DNA from: an uncultured delta proteobacterium
GTDB taxonomy: Bacteria; Desulfobacterota; Binatia; UBA9968
Assembly (NCBI GenBank): GCA_963745035.1
Contig: CAVUVW010000026.1
Location: forward strand, 96,001 to 160,000
Direction: 5' to 3'
DNA length: 64,000 nucleotides
Both the position numbers and the translations under genes were made by a program. The notes beneath the pieces were generated by a model. It saw only the letters and a program-made list of their open reading frames with translations, made no database searches and had not been told where the DNA came from. Shown here piece after piece: positions 8,586-19,413 of the stretch. Position 1 is the first letter of the stretch. Each line of letters begins with the position of its first letter.

Positions 8586-10191
8586 TCATTTCTGCGCCGA
8601 AGTCGCGGCTCTTACGTTGCGCAGGTCCATGCGCGCCATGGCATTGTACTCCAAGCCGGTGAATTTAGGATTGAGGACCGTTGCTTCGGCTTTCCAATAA
8701 AGCGGCACGATGGCGGCGTCGATTTCGGTGAGCAGTCTTTGCGCTTGGTCGTAGATCTGCGCGCGTTTTTTCGCGTCCAGTTCGCGCGCTGCGAGCTCGA
8801 GAAGTTGATCATACCGAGAATTTTTCCAACGCCCGTGATTGTTGCCGCTGTTGGAGGTGAACAACTTCATGAAATTATCCGGGTCGGGGTAATCGGCGCC
8901 CCAGCCGGAGCGAAAGACCGGGAACGGGTCGGTCTGAAGCTTCTTGAGAAATACTTTCCATTCCTGGTTTTCAATGCTGACCACTACGCCGAGATGCTTC
9001 TGCCACATGCTCTGGATCGCCTCGGCGATCAGCTTCTTTTCTTCGTCGGTGTTGTAGCCGAGCACGATGGGCGGCAGCCCTTTGCCGTCCGGATAGCCCG
9101 CATCCTTGAGGAGCTTGCGCGCTTCGTCCGGATTGAACTTGAGGCCGATCTCGGGATTGTGCGCGAGCATGCCCGGCGGGATCCACGAAGTCGCCGGAGT
9201 GGGGCCGCCCTGGAGAATCTTGGGCAGCACGTCGCGGTCGATGGCCATGGCGAACGCTTTTCTCACCAACGGATTGTCGAAGGGCTTACGATCGACGGCG
9301 AAGCTGTAGTACTCGCCGCGCAGCTGCGGCACGACCTTGAAGCCCGGGAGTTTCGACAAGCGCGGCTTTTCCAGCGGCGGAATGCTGTGCGATTCGTCCA
9401 TGAAATCTAAATTTCCCTGCTCGTACATGGCCACCGCCGTGGTTCTTTCATTGACCATGTACATGGTCACTTTTTCGAGCGTGGGCTTGCCGCGAAAAAA
9501 ATCCGGGTTGGCGCTGAGCTCGATCTGGTTCTCGTGCTTCCACGACGTCATGCGAAATGGCCCGTTGGTGACGATGTTCCCGGGTTCGGTCCAGCGGCTG
9601 TCGAACTTTTCAATGATGTCCCGCCGTTGAGGGTAGGTGACTTCAAACGTGGTGATCGCGAGAAAATAAGAGGCTGGATGGCGCAAAGTGACCACGAGAG
9701 TTTGATCGTTCTCGGCTCGCACACCTACCGCCGCCGGATCTTTTAGTTTGCCTTCGTTGTATTCCTGGGCGTTTGCCAGGTCGAACAAGAATATAGGCGT
9801 ATTGCGACGCGGTTTTTGGGTCGAGCAGGCGCTTCCAGGAATATTCGAAGTCCTGAGCACGAACCGTTTTGCCGTCGCTCCACTTTACGTCGTCGCGCAG
9901 ATGAAAGACGATTTTTTTTCCGCCCTCCTGCAACTCCCACGATTTGGCAATGACCGGCGCGGGCTTCAAATCTTTGTCGAACTCGGTCAAGCCGACCATC
10001 AAGTTCGAGATGACGTTGAAGGAAACGTGGTCGGTGGCGAGCGACCAGTCCAGGCTGGGCGGTTCGGTGCCGAGATTGACGCGAAAATGTTTGTCGCTGC
10101 CCTGCGGCGTGGATTTGCATCCGCCTGCGAGCGCCAGGAGCGACGCTATCGCCAGGGTGAGCAGCCAGGGAAGTTTTACGGCATTCAACAA
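8586..10191 (-). CDS. oppA: Peptide ABC substrate-binding lipoprotein OppA (frameshift near 9790)
   Basis: ORFs 9643-10191 and 8586-9860 join; lipobox-like ALAGGC, EPPSLD, KWSDG, NGPF, WGADYPDP. Confidence 0.85.
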
Positions 10192-10276
10192 GGTTTGTTC
10201 ATCTTGCCTGAAAGAGGTTTAGCCGGTATTACTAGCGCAATACTTTCGTTCCTTCAAGAAAGGCGGCCGCGCACTT

Positions 10277-11308
10277 ATGGACGCAAAAGAACTGGTGATG
10301 ACGAGCTTGGTCATCGAGGGTCATCGTGACGTTTACGAGCAGCTCTATCGGACCTCGATAGGCGAAAAAGCGCCGATCCGCGACGGTGTCGCGCCGCGCT
10401 TGATCCGCGACGGCATCAATATGACGGTCTACGCGATCAGCGGCGATTCCTACTCGCACTCGCAGAATACCGGGCGCTACCTCGAAACCACGCTCGATCA
10501 AATCGATCAGTTTCTGGAGGAGGCGCCGCGCTCCGAAGGCATGATTCAGATGGTCAAGACTCGCGGCGATCTGCCCGAGAAAGTCGAGCCGGGAACGGTC
10601 AAGTTTCTGCTTCACTTCGAAGGCTGCATGCCGCTCCGCGGCAGCATTCATAATTTGCGAAATTTTTACCGGCTCGGCCTGCGCTCGCTGCAGCCCGTGT
10701 GGAATTTCCGCAACGAGCTGGGCGACGGCGTTTGGGAGAACCGCACCGGCGGCGGGCTGACGAACTTCGGTGTCGAGGTGATCAAAGAAGCCAATCGGCT
10801 GGGGATGGTGGTCGATCTATCGCACATGAATCGCGAAGGCTTTTTCCAGACGTTGGACGTCGCCACGGCGCCGCTCTTGGTCAGCCACGCCAATGCCTGC
10901 GGCATGCTCGACAATCCGCGCAATCTCGCGGACGACCAGATCAAGGCGATCGCCAATCAAGGCGGGCTGGTCGGCATTCTCGCTCTACCCGAGCGGGTCG
11001 GCAAAGGCGAAGTCGCTATCGAAGACATGCTCCGGCACATGGATTACATGATCAAGCTCGTCGGCATCGAGCATCTCGCTTTGGGCATGGATTTCGTCAA
11101 GTACGACGGCCCGCGCACTCTCAAAGACCGCCACCATCCGCTGCACAAAGATCCACTGATCAAAGGCTTCGAGGAAATCGAGGATCTGCCGAACTTGATC
11201 GATGGTCTGCAGAAACACGGCTACAAGGATGAGGAGATCAGTTTGATTCTCGGTGGCAACTATTTGCGAGTGTTGAAGACGATCTTGCCGGAGCAGTCGG
11301 TGATCTGA
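10277..11308 (+). CDS. Membrane dipeptidase family (peptidase M19)
   Basis: EGHRD, GGLTNFG, VVDLSH, SHAN..RN, GMDF. Confidence 0.88.
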   Translation: MDAKELVMTSLVIEGHRDVYEQLYRTSIGEKAPIRDGVAPRLIRDGINMTVYAISGDSYSHSQNTGRYLETTLDQIDQFLEEAPRSEGMIQMVKTRGDLPEKVEPGTVKFLLHFEGCMPLRGSIHNLRNFYRLGLRSLQPVWNFRNELGDGVWENRTGGGLTNFGVEVIKEANRLGMVVDLSHMNREGFFQTLDVATAPLLVSHANACGMLDNPRNLADDQIKAIANQGGLVGILALPERVGKGEVAIEDMLRHMDYMIKLVGIEHLALGMDFVKYDGPRTLKDRHHPLHKDPLIKGFEEIEDLPNLIDGLQKHGYKDEEISLILGGNYLRVLKTILPEQSVI

Positions 11309-11363
11309 TTCTTTTTTTGGGTATAGGAGCATGGTGAAGCACTCTTCCTCTTTTAATCCGATT

Positions 11364-11459
11364 CTCTCCCCCTTGACGGGGGAGAGTTAGAGTAGGGGTG
11401 ATGAGTTGTTGCTTCGAAGGCTCACCCCCATCCTGACCTTCCCCCGTCGAGGGGGAAGG
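11364..11459. repeat. CTCTCCCC..GGGGAGAG-type REP doublet
   Basis: CTCTCCCCCTTGACGGGGGAGAG and CCTTCCCCCGTCGAGGGGGAAGG in inverted arrangement. Confidence 0.7.
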
Positions 11460-11536
11460 TACCTAACAGAAAACATCTTTTCTCTTACCGCACGGTCTGA
11501 ATCTCCACGGCTGCATACGCCGGATTTATCCTCATT

Positions 11537-13801
11537 ATGACCATAGGCGTTTCCACCCCGCGCATCGACGGCATCGAAAAGGTAACGGGCGCGGCCAAGT
11601 TCACCGGCGATATCGCGCTTCCCGGCCTGCTCGAGGCAAGAGTCCTCCGCAGCCCCTTGCCGCATGCGGCGATCGAAGCGATCGACATCCGCAAAGCCGA
11701 AGCACTGGCGGGCGTTGTCGCGGTGCTGACGCGCGACGATCTCAAGGACATCGATCCTTTTTACGGCAATTGTCTGCGCGACCGGGCGATCGTCGCCATG
11801 GACCGGGTGCGTTTTGTCGGCGAGCCGGTCGCCGTTGTCGCCGCTGAAGACGCGCTGATCGCCGAGGAGGCGCTGGCACTGATCGACGTTCGCTACAAAG
11901 AGCTGCCTTGCGTGGCGGACATCGACGCCGCACGCGCGGAAGGCGCGCCGTTGCTGCATCAAGATGCGGCGGGAGCGGGCGAGTTTCACGACGTCGCCGG
12001 AGTGGGTGAGCGGTTCGGCGGGAATATCTGCCACCGTGAACATTTCGTAAAGGGCGACCCGGCTTCCGCGTTCGCGCAGGCCGACGAGATCGTCGAAGAG
12101 TGCTTCGAGTTTCCGATGGTCTATCAGTACGCCATGGAGCCGCACACGGCCGTCGCGCGCGTGACCGTCGACGGCATCACCTTGTGGAGCACTTCGGCGC
12201 ATCCTTTCCTGGTTCGCTCGGAGCTTGCGCATATGTTTGGTTTGCCGCACGCCAAGGTCGAAGTGATCGTGCCCTTCGTCGGCGGCGCCTACGGCAGCAA
12301 GTCCTATTTCAAAATCGAGCCGCTCGCCGTCGCCATGGCGCGCAAGACCGGCGGCCGGCCGGTGCGCGTGGCGCAGAGCCTCACCGAGGCGATGTTGACG
12401 ACGCGGCGCCACTCGGCGCGCGTGCGCATGAAGACCGGCGTGAAACGCGACGGCACGTTGGTCGCGCGCGAAGCCGAAGTTCTGATGGATACCGGCGCTT
12501 ATGCGGATAACGGCCCGCGCGTCGCCAAGCGCGCGATCAGCCGCATGCTCGGTCCTTACAAGCTCGATCACTGCAAAGTCGAGGTGCTGGCGTTCTATAC
12601 GAACACGGTTCCCGCCGGTTCCATGCGCTCCATCGGCGGGCCGCAGACGATCTGGGCGCTGGAATCGCACATGGACACCATCGCGGCGCGGCTCGATCTC
12701 GATCCGCTGGAATTTCGCATGCGCAGTCTCTTGCGCCGCGGGGAAATCTTAAAGCCGGGCGCGACACCGGTGGATGCCGATCTGTGTCAGGGAGCAAAGG
12801 CGGCCGTCAGACCACTTGAATGGAACGCGGCAAAAGACGGCAAAGGCAAGGGCGCAGGTGTCGCTGTCGGAGTTTCCGATTCCGAAGCGATGCCGGTTTC
12901 GGTTGCGTTGGTGCGCCTGCTCGCCGACGGCAGCGTGATCTTGAGCGCGGGGACAACCGAAGTGGGTCAAGGCGCGCGCACGATTCTCAGCCAGATCGTC
13001 GCGCAGGAATTATCTCTGCCTGTCGAGCAGGTGACCATGAGCGGCACGGATACGAAGTGGACGCCTTTCGACCGCTCCACCGGCGCGAGCCGATCGACGA
13101 CGGTCATGGGCAGCGCCGTCAAAGCCGCGGCTGAAGATTTGCGCCGCCAGTTGATCGATGCCGCCGCGGAAAGTTTCAACGCAAGTGCAACGACGATCAA
13201 GTTGAAAGACGGCGAAGCTCATTCGGCGGACAAGCACTTGCCGTACGGCAAAATCGTCAGCGCTTACTTCGGCATGCCGGGCGGTGAATTGATCGGCCGC
13301 GGCTACATGCGTCCGGGCGCCGGCTTGGGGTCGACGTTTCCATTATTTTGGGAAACAGGCATGGGCGGCGCTGAAATCAAGGTCGACGGCGAGACCGGCG
13401 AAATTCGCTTGGAAAAGTACATGACCGTGGCGGACGTGGGCACGGCGATCAATCCGCAGCAGGCGGAAGGGCAGGATGAAGGCGCGGCCGTTCAGGGATT
13501 CGGCCCGGCGTTGTTCGAGGCGCTGGTTTACGAGCAAGGTCAGCCGCTCAACGCCAATCTGGTCGACTACCGGGTGCCGCGATTCACCGATCTGCCGGAT
13601 CATTTCGAGTCCGCACTGATCGAAAATCACGACGGGCCGGGGCCCTACGGCGCCAAAGGCATGGGCGAGTCCGGCATCGTTTCCGTGGCTCCGGCAATCG
13701 GCAATGCGCTTTATCGCGCGACGGGCGTTCGAATTCGTGAACTGCCTTTGACGCCGGAGCGGGTTTGGCGGGCTCTCAAAGATTCCAAGCGGGCGGAATG
13801 A
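11537..13801 (+). CDS. Xanthine dehydrogenase family molybdopterin-binding large subunit
   Basis: KVTGAAKF, GGAYGSK, DTGAY, EVGQG, GAKGMGE. Confidence 0.9.
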   Translation: MTIGVSTPRIDGIEKVTGAAKFTGDIALPGLLEARVLRSPLPHAAIEAIDIRKAEALAGVVAVLTRDDLKDIDPFYGNCLRDRAIVAMDRVRFVGEPVAVVAAEDALIAEEALALIDVRYKELPCVADIDAARAEGAPLLHQDAAGAGEFHDVAGVGERFGGNICHREHFVKGDPASAFAQADEIVEECFEFPMVYQYAMEPHTAVARVTVDGITLWSTSAHPFLVRSELAHMFGLPHAKVEVIVPFVGGAYGSKSYFKIEPLAVAMARKTGGRPVRVAQSLTEAMLTTRRHSARVRMKTGVKRDGTLVAREAEVLMDTGAYADNGPRVAKRAISRMLGPYKLDHCKVEVLAFYTNTVPAGSMRSIGGPQTIWALESHMDTIAARLDLDPLEFRMRSLLRRGEILKPGATPVDADLCQGAKAAVRPLEWNAAKDGKGKGAGVAVGVSDSEAMPVSVALVRLLADGSVILSAGTTEVGQGARTILSQIVAQELSLPVEQVTMSGTDTKWTPFDRSTGASRSTTVMGSAVKAAAEDLRRQLIDAAAESFNASATTIKLKDGEAHSADKHLPYGKIVSAYFGMPGGELIGRGYMRPGAGLGSTFPLFWETGMGGAEIKVDGETGEIRLEKYMTVADVGTAINPQQAEGQDEGAAVQGFGPALFEALVYEQGQPLNANLVDYRVPRFTDLPDHFESALIENHDGPGPYGAKGMGESGIVSVAPAIGNALYRATGVRIRELPLTPERVWRALKDSKRAE

Positions 13802-13802
13802 T

Positions 13803-15077
13803 ATGGAAACAAATTCGCACTACGAAAAAGTGATCAAAGCCATAGCCGAGCAGAAGAACGACCTGGTCGACTTATGCTTGCAGCTGGGCAATACCCCGAG
13901 CTTTCACGCTCAGGAGCGCAAGCTCGGCGAAGCGGTGTTGCAATGGCTCGGCGCCGCGGGAATAGAAGGCGAGCTGCAGTTCATTACCAGCGAGAGCGTC
14001 AATGCGGTGGCCACCCTTAGAGGCAGCGGCGGAGGCAAGAGTTTGATTTGGAACGCGCACATGGACACCGGGCCGGAGCTTGGGCCTGATGCGACAGACG
14101 ACGACAGGAAATTGGAGACAGCCTGGATCGACGGCGACATGCTGTTCGGCAAAGGGATGATCAACGACAAGGCGCAGCTCTGCGCCTTCATGATCGCCAT
14201 GCGAGCCATCAAGCAATGCGCTATCGAATTGAAGGGCGATCTCACCCTGACCGCCGTGGCATTCGAAACCGGCGCTCCGTCGGTGGATCAACAGCAAGGC
14301 ATCAATTTTCCCGGCGAGGGGTTCGGCACCAAGTGGGTCGTCGATCGCGGTGTGGTCGCCGATTACGCGCTGGTCGGCGAGACCTCGGGTTTCGGCATCG
14401 TGCAAGCGGAGTGCGGCGCGGGCTGGTATAAGGTGCGGGTGAAGGGCAGAGAAGTTTACACGCCGCGTCTCGAGCGGGGAACTTCCGTCCAGGAAAATCC
14501 CAACGCTTTCGTCAAAGCCGTCCCAATTATCTCGGCCATCGAAGCATGGGCGGTCGACTACGAAAAACGCGAGACCATGAAATTTGCCGGCGGCACGATC
14601 ATTCCCAAGGCGCAGATCGTAGAAGTCCGCGGCGGCGGGCGGGTCGACCGGGCCAGTCCGTTCTGCGATATTTTTATCGACGTGCGCATCGTGCCGGGGA
14701 AAAATCCCAACGACATCAAAAAAGAAATCGAGGCGGCGCTCGCGCCGCTGCGGATCGATTGCGCGGTATCGCTGTTCCAGTATTCGCGCGGTTACATCGC
14801 CAAGAATGCCGAGCCGCTCATCGATGCGATCGCCGAAGCGCACCGTTACATATTCAAATCCGAACCGCCGGCGCCGCCATCCGCCGAAACCAGCATGTGG
14901 CGCGATTTGAATGTTTTCAACGAAGTGGGCATTCCCTCGGTGTGTTACGGACCGCCGCGCCAACGCGAGCCGCTGAGCGGGGCCGGGAATCGCGCCATGA
15001 AGATCGCTGACCTGATCGACGCGACCAAAGTTTATGCGCTCACCGCAATGAAACTCTGCGGTATTCACGAAAAATGA
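13803..15077 (+). CDS. M20/ArgE-like metallohydrolase with non-canonical ligands
   Basis: WNAHMDT, GKGMINDK, VGE, DVRIVPG, GIPSVCYGP. Confidence 0.8.
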   Translation: METNSHYEKVIKAIAEQKNDLVDLCLQLGNTPSFHAQERKLGEAVLQWLGAAGIEGELQFITSESVNAVATLRGSGGGKSLIWNAHMDTGPELGPDATDDDRKLETAWIDGDMLFGKGMINDKAQLCAFMIAMRAIKQCAIELKGDLTLTAVAFETGAPSVDQQQGINFPGEGFGTKWVVDRGVVADYALVGETSGFGIVQAECGAGWYKVRVKGREVYTPRLERGTSVQENPNAFVKAVPIISAIEAWAVDYEKRETMKFAGGTIIPKAQIVEVRGGGRVDRASPFCDIFIDVRIVPGKNPNDIKKEIEAALAPLRIDCAVSLFQYSRGYIAKNAEPLIDAIAEAHRYIFKSEPPAPPSAETSMWRDLNVFNEVGIPSVCYGPPRQREPLSGAGNRAMKIADLIDATKVYALTAMKLCGIHEK

Positions 15078-15099
15078 GGAAGCGAAAATAATTATAGCA

Positions 15100-16107
15100 A
15101 TGAAGTTCTGCCTGCAACTCAATCCTCAGGTCTCGATCGACAAACCCGGCGAATCGTTGATGCCCACGTTGATCGAGCAGGTGCGTGTCGCCGATGCAGT
15201 CGGCTTCGACGCCTTCTCGATGGGTGACCATTACAATATTCCCGGTCTGCAGAGGCTCAATCAGGTTCCCGCGCTGGCGCGGCTGTGCGCGGAGACAAAG
15301 CACTGTGCCGTGGGCACTGCCGTGACACTGCTTGGCTTGCGCCATCCGGTAACAGTGGCCAGCGAGCTCGCGAGCCTCGATGTCTTGAACGAGGGCCGAT
15401 CATTTGCAGCCTTTGGCCTAGGCTACCGCGACGAAGAGCTGAAAGCGTTCAACCTTACCAAGAAGCAGCGCTTCCAGCGCTTCGCCGAGGGCGTCGAGAT
15501 CATCAAACGGCTCTGGACCGAAGACCATGTGAGTTTCAGCGGCGAAGCGTTCACTCTCACCGATGTCACAGTTGATCCCAAGCCGTTGCAGAAGCCGCGC
15601 CCGCCGATCTGGATCGCCGCCAATACCGACGCCGCGGTGGAGCGCGCGGCGAAGCTGGGCGACGGCTGGATGATCGGACCGCACTCGGCCATCGATGAGT
15701 TGGAGCGTCAGGTCGAGCTATGCCGCACAGCGTGGAAGGGCGCGGGCAAGGAGGGAGTGCCGGAGACGCCGATCATTCGCGAAACGTTCGTCGCCGGCGA
15801 TAGGAAGGAGGCGGTGGAGAAGGCGCGTCCCTGTCTGGAGCATCTGTATCGCGCGGTATACATCAAGTGGAAACAAAACGAGGCGATGAACGATCCCAAC
15901 GAATTGGCCTGGGCATTCGACAAATTGGCCAAGGGCCGTTTCATCCTGGGTTCGCCGTCGGAATGCATCGATCAGATTCAGGAGTATAAGGAACGGTTGG
16001 GGATATCGTACATGCTGCCCCGCTTCGACTGGACGCCGGGCTTGCCTCAAAGCGAAATTCTCGCTTCAATGCGGCTGTTCGGCGAGAAGGTGATCCAGAA
16101 ACTTTAG
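15100..16107 (+). CDS. LLM-class flavin-dependent oxidoreductase
   Basis: GFDAFSMGDH, HPVTVASELASLD, GLGYR..E, PKPLQKPRPPIW. Confidence 0.9.
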   Translation: MKFCLQLNPQVSIDKPGESLMPTLIEQVRVADAVGFDAFSMGDHYNIPGLQRLNQVPALARLCAETKHCAVGTAVTLLGLRHPVTVASELASLDVLNEGRSFAAFGLGYRDEELKAFNLTKKQRFQRFAEGVEIIKRLWTEDHVSFSGEAFTLTDVTVDPKPLQKPRPPIWIAANTDAAVERAAKLGDGWMIGPHSAIDELERQVELCRTAWKGAGKEGVPETPIIRETFVAGDRKEAVEKARPCLEHLYRAVYIKWKQNEAMNDPNELAWAFDKLAKGRFILGSPSECIDQIQEYKERLGISYMLPRFDWTPGLPQSEILASMRLFGEKVIQKL

Positions 16108-16132
16108 GCGCATATTGCAAAGGAGGATGGTA

Positions 16133-17083
16133 ATGAAACGAATTGTCGTCTCGCTCGCGGTAATGCTCTGCTTGCTCGGCATGGCTCCATCCAGGAGCGC
16201 GGCAAAGATCATCGTCGGCCTGTCCTCGGTAAACGTCGCTTTCCTGCCGGTCTACGTGACCGAGGCGAAAGGTTTCTTCAAAGACGAGGGACTCGACGTG
16301 TTGTTGGTCCTGTTCAACGCCGGCGCGACCAACTTGCAGGCGCTCGTCGGCGGCGACGTTCACATCATGGGCAGCGCCTTCGTGGAAACCATCGGCGGAC
16401 GCGCCGCCGGGATGGATATCAGGAATTTTTGGGGTATCTCCAATATCATGCCGTTCCAGCTTTATTCGCAGCCGGATTTTAAATCGATGAAGCAGGCCAA
16501 AGGCAAGCGCTTTGCGATCAGCCGGTTCGGGTCGCTTACGGACTTCTTAACGCGATCGAGTTTGCGCCACTTCGGCGTGGACGCCAAGGACGTGACGATT
16601 CTCCAGATCGGCAGCACGCCGGCGCGCTTCGCCGCGCTATCAGCAAAGGGCGTTGACGCATCCCTGGTGTGGTTTCCGGTGACGGAGATCGCCAAAGCGC
16701 AGGGGTACAACAAGCTGCTCGACCTCAAGGAAGTGTTTCCAGAATGGCCGTATGAAACATTCGCCGCGAAGGAGTCGTATCTCAGCAAGGAAAGAGATCA
16801 GGTCACGAAGTTTCTCCGGGCTTACCAGCGCGGCATCAAGTACACCCATGAGAACAAGGCCGACGCGGTGCGGATCATGGGCAAGTATGTGAAGATAGAT
16901 CAGGCCTATGCTCCCGCCGGTTACGACGAGTATCGCGACTCGTTTCCGATGAACGGACAAATCGCCGAAAAAGCCATTCCGGTCGTGATCGAAGAAGAGT
17001 TCCAAGCCGGCAGAATCAAAAGGAAGATTACCCTCGAAGAAATGATTGACCGCTCGTTCATCAAAATGTTAGGGGGAAAGTAA
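16133..17083 (+). CDS. NMT1/SsuA-type ABC substrate-binding protein
   Basis: Signal peptide, KGFFKDEGLDV, AISRFGS. Confidence 0.88.
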   Translation: MKRIVVSLAVMLCLLGMAPSRSAAKIIVGLSSVNVAFLPVYVTEAKGFFKDEGLDVLLVLFNAGATNLQALVGGDVHIMGSAFVETIGGRAAGMDIRNFWGISNIMPFQLYSQPDFKSMKQAKGKRFAISRFGSLTDFLTRSSLRHFGVDAKDVTILQIGSTPARFAALSAKGVDASLVWFPVTEIAKAQGYNKLLDLKEVFPEWPYETFAAKESYLSKERDQVTKFLRAYQRGIKYTHENKADAVRIMGKYVKIDQAYAPAGYDEYRDSFPMNGQIAEKAIPVVIEEEFQAGRIKRKITLEEMIDRSFIKMLGGK

Positions 17084-17112
17084 TTCATTCCGAGTCCAAG
17101 AAGGAGGGCGCT

Positions 17113-18207
17113 ATGATTATCGATCTAGATTCTCATTTGCGTGAAGGTTATTTCATGGACGAAGTTTACAACCTGCCGGAGCCCTACGCGCGCTTTACGC
17201 CGCAGAAAGCCGGCGAAGGCAGAAATCACAATACCAAGTGGGTTCATTCTCTGGATCCGGGCGATCCGCAGGGGCGCGCGGCGCATCGCCATCCCTACAT
17301 CTACGATCCTAAAGTGAACTGGCGCAACGGCGAGATCGCGGCGCGCCAGATCGCCGGGCATGATATGGAGTTTCGCTTCAACGACATCAAAAGAGAAGGC
17401 CTTGATAAGCAGGTGCTGTTTCCCACCGGCATCAACGTCGCCACGGAAAACGTCGGTGGCTTGGGCCTGGCGTGCGCCCAGTCTTACAACAACTGGGTGC
17501 GAAAGCTGATCCGTGGTCATGAAGACATGTTTTTACCGGTCGCCATGGCGCCCGCCGGCTGTCCGGAAGAGATGGCGAATGAGCTGCGGCGCTGCGTCAA
17601 GGAGCTGGGCTTCAAGGCGAGCCATCTTGTGCCGTACATCGGACGGCGCAACCTCGACCATCCGACGTTTTATCCGTACTATCAGGCGGCTGAGGAGTTG
17701 GGCGTGCCGCTCTTTTGCCATCCGAACAGCAATGGCGAATTGACCGACCGCTTCGATAATTTTTTTAAAACGCACGTGCTCGGCCGGGTGATGAACTGCA
17801 CGCCGGCTCTGGTGGCGCTGGTGCTCGGCGGCGTGTTCGAGAAATTTCCCAAGCTCAAAGTCGCGTTCTTCGAATGCAGCGCCGAGTGGCCGCTCTACTG
17901 GATGCACCGCATGGACGACGACTGGGAGTGGGCCAAAGACTTTCCCCAAGTATCCGGTGATCTCAAGATGGCGCCATCGGAGTATGTCAAGCGCAACTGC
18001 TATTTCACCTGCGAGGCCGACGAAGGCGACATGAGCCAATCGCTCAAAGAAGTCGGAGAGGATCATTTTCTGATGGCGACCGACTACCCGCACTTCGATT
18101 CGGAGTTTCCGCACACGGTATCGGGCATTCGCGAGCGCACGGATTTAAGCGCCAAGCAGAAGGATAAGATTCTCGGAGAGAACGCGGCCAAGCTGTTGAA
18201 TCTGTAA
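17113..18207 (+). CDS. Amidohydrolase_2 family protein
   Basis: IDLDSH, LFCHP, FEKFPKLK, ATDYPHFD, ILGENA. Confidence 0.9.
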   Translation: MIIDLDSHLREGYFMDEVYNLPEPYARFTPQKAGEGRNHNTKWVHSLDPGDPQGRAAHRHPYIYDPKVNWRNGEIAARQIAGHDMEFRFNDIKREGLDKQVLFPTGINVATENVGGLGLACAQSYNNWVRKLIRGHEDMFLPVAMAPAGCPEEMANELRRCVKELGFKASHLVPYIGRRNLDHPTFYPYYQAAEELGVPLFCHPNSNGELTDRFDNFFKTHVLGRVMNCTPALVALVLGGVFEKFPKLKVAFFECSAEWPLYWMHRMDDDWEWAKDFPQVSGDLKMAPSEYVKRNCYFTCEADEGDMSQSLKEVGEDHFLMATDYPHFDSEFPHTVSGIRERTDLSAKQKDKILGENAAKLLNL

Positions 18208-18248
18208 CTGCGCGCGCCAATTCAACGCGAGGATAGAACTCTTTATGG

Positions 18249-18326
18249 CGTCACCCCCGAACGTTTTTATCGGGGGTCCAGTCGGAGTCTCGCCTGGATT
18301 CCCGCTAAAAGCATGCGGGAATGACG
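18249..18326. repeat. GTCA..TGAC palindromic REP/MITE
   Basis: CGTCACCCCCGA..GGGGGTCCAG...CTGGATTCCCGC..GCGGGAATGACG. Confidence 0.7.
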
Positions 18327-18434
18327 GAGTGTTAGGGCGAGAACTTGTCGTAAAGCAGCGCAGAACGCTTTTTCGGAAAAACAACAGAGCTTTCTGATGC
18401 GCGATAATCCCGTCGTCAACTCAGCCTAACATGC

Positions 18435-19402
18435 CTACTTAACCAGCCCGGCTTTCTTTGCGATCTGCTCGACCTGCCGGTGTTCTTCGCGAATTTCAGC
18501 GAGGAGCTTGTCGGGGGGAGCGTAGTCGGCGACCAGGCCGAGGTTGCCGAGCTTCGAAGCCACTGCCGGGTCCTTCATAACTTTCTCCAAGCGCGGCGAT
18601 CAGACTTTTCGACACTTCCGCGGGCACGCCGGCCGGGCGCGAAAAACGCGGACCAGACACCCAAAAGGTTTTGCTTGTAGCCTAACTGAGGCAAGGTTGG
18701 GATCTGAGGAAACTCCGGCATCTTCGTCGATGCCACGATTCCTCTCATCGTGCCTGCTTTTAAATGTTCGGCGACGACGCCCTGAGCGGCGGCCGCTCCC
18801 TCGATGTGACCGCCTAAGGCCGCGGTCACTCCCGGTCCAGCGCCTTTGAACGGCACCATGGTGATATCCGCGCCGGTAAGGGAGTTTATGATCTCGACGG
18901 TAAAGTGGCCGACGGATCCCGGCCCTACGGTGCCGACGCGCAAGCTGCCGGGATTTTTCTTGCCGTACTCGACCATCTCGGCGAAATTTTTGAACGGTAC
19001 GTTGCTATGGACCGCAAGCAGGATCGGTGTGCGCACCGCCATGCCAATCGGAGTCAGGTCCTTGAACGGATCGTAAGGAACGGCGTCAGGCGTGAGAATG
19101 CGATTGAATATCAGCGACGCATTATTCGCGATCAGGATCGTATAGCCGTCCTTGGGCGCTTTCACCGCGCTGTCGGTGCCGATGGTTCCGCCCGCGCCGG
19201 GTCTGTTAACCGCGACAACCGGTACTTTGAGCAGTTTGGAGAGGCCTTCGCCGATGGTACGACCAGCCACGTCCGTGGCATCGCCGGGCGCCAGTGGGAA
19301 TGATGAGATTGATGGGTTGTTTTGGATAAGCTTGAGCGCGGAGCGACTGAGGCGGGAAGAGAAGCACAAGCCTGTCGATAGAGCCAGTAAACTACGAATC
19401 AT
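18435..19402 (-). CDS. Tripartite tricarboxylate transporter receptor (Bug/TctC), several frameshifts
   Basis: PG.ATD..GR, NRPGAGGTIG, DGYT, VPFKGAG; both ends shift frame (~19320, ~18480-18640). Confidence 0.8.
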
Positions 19403-19413
19403 GAAGTTCTCCT

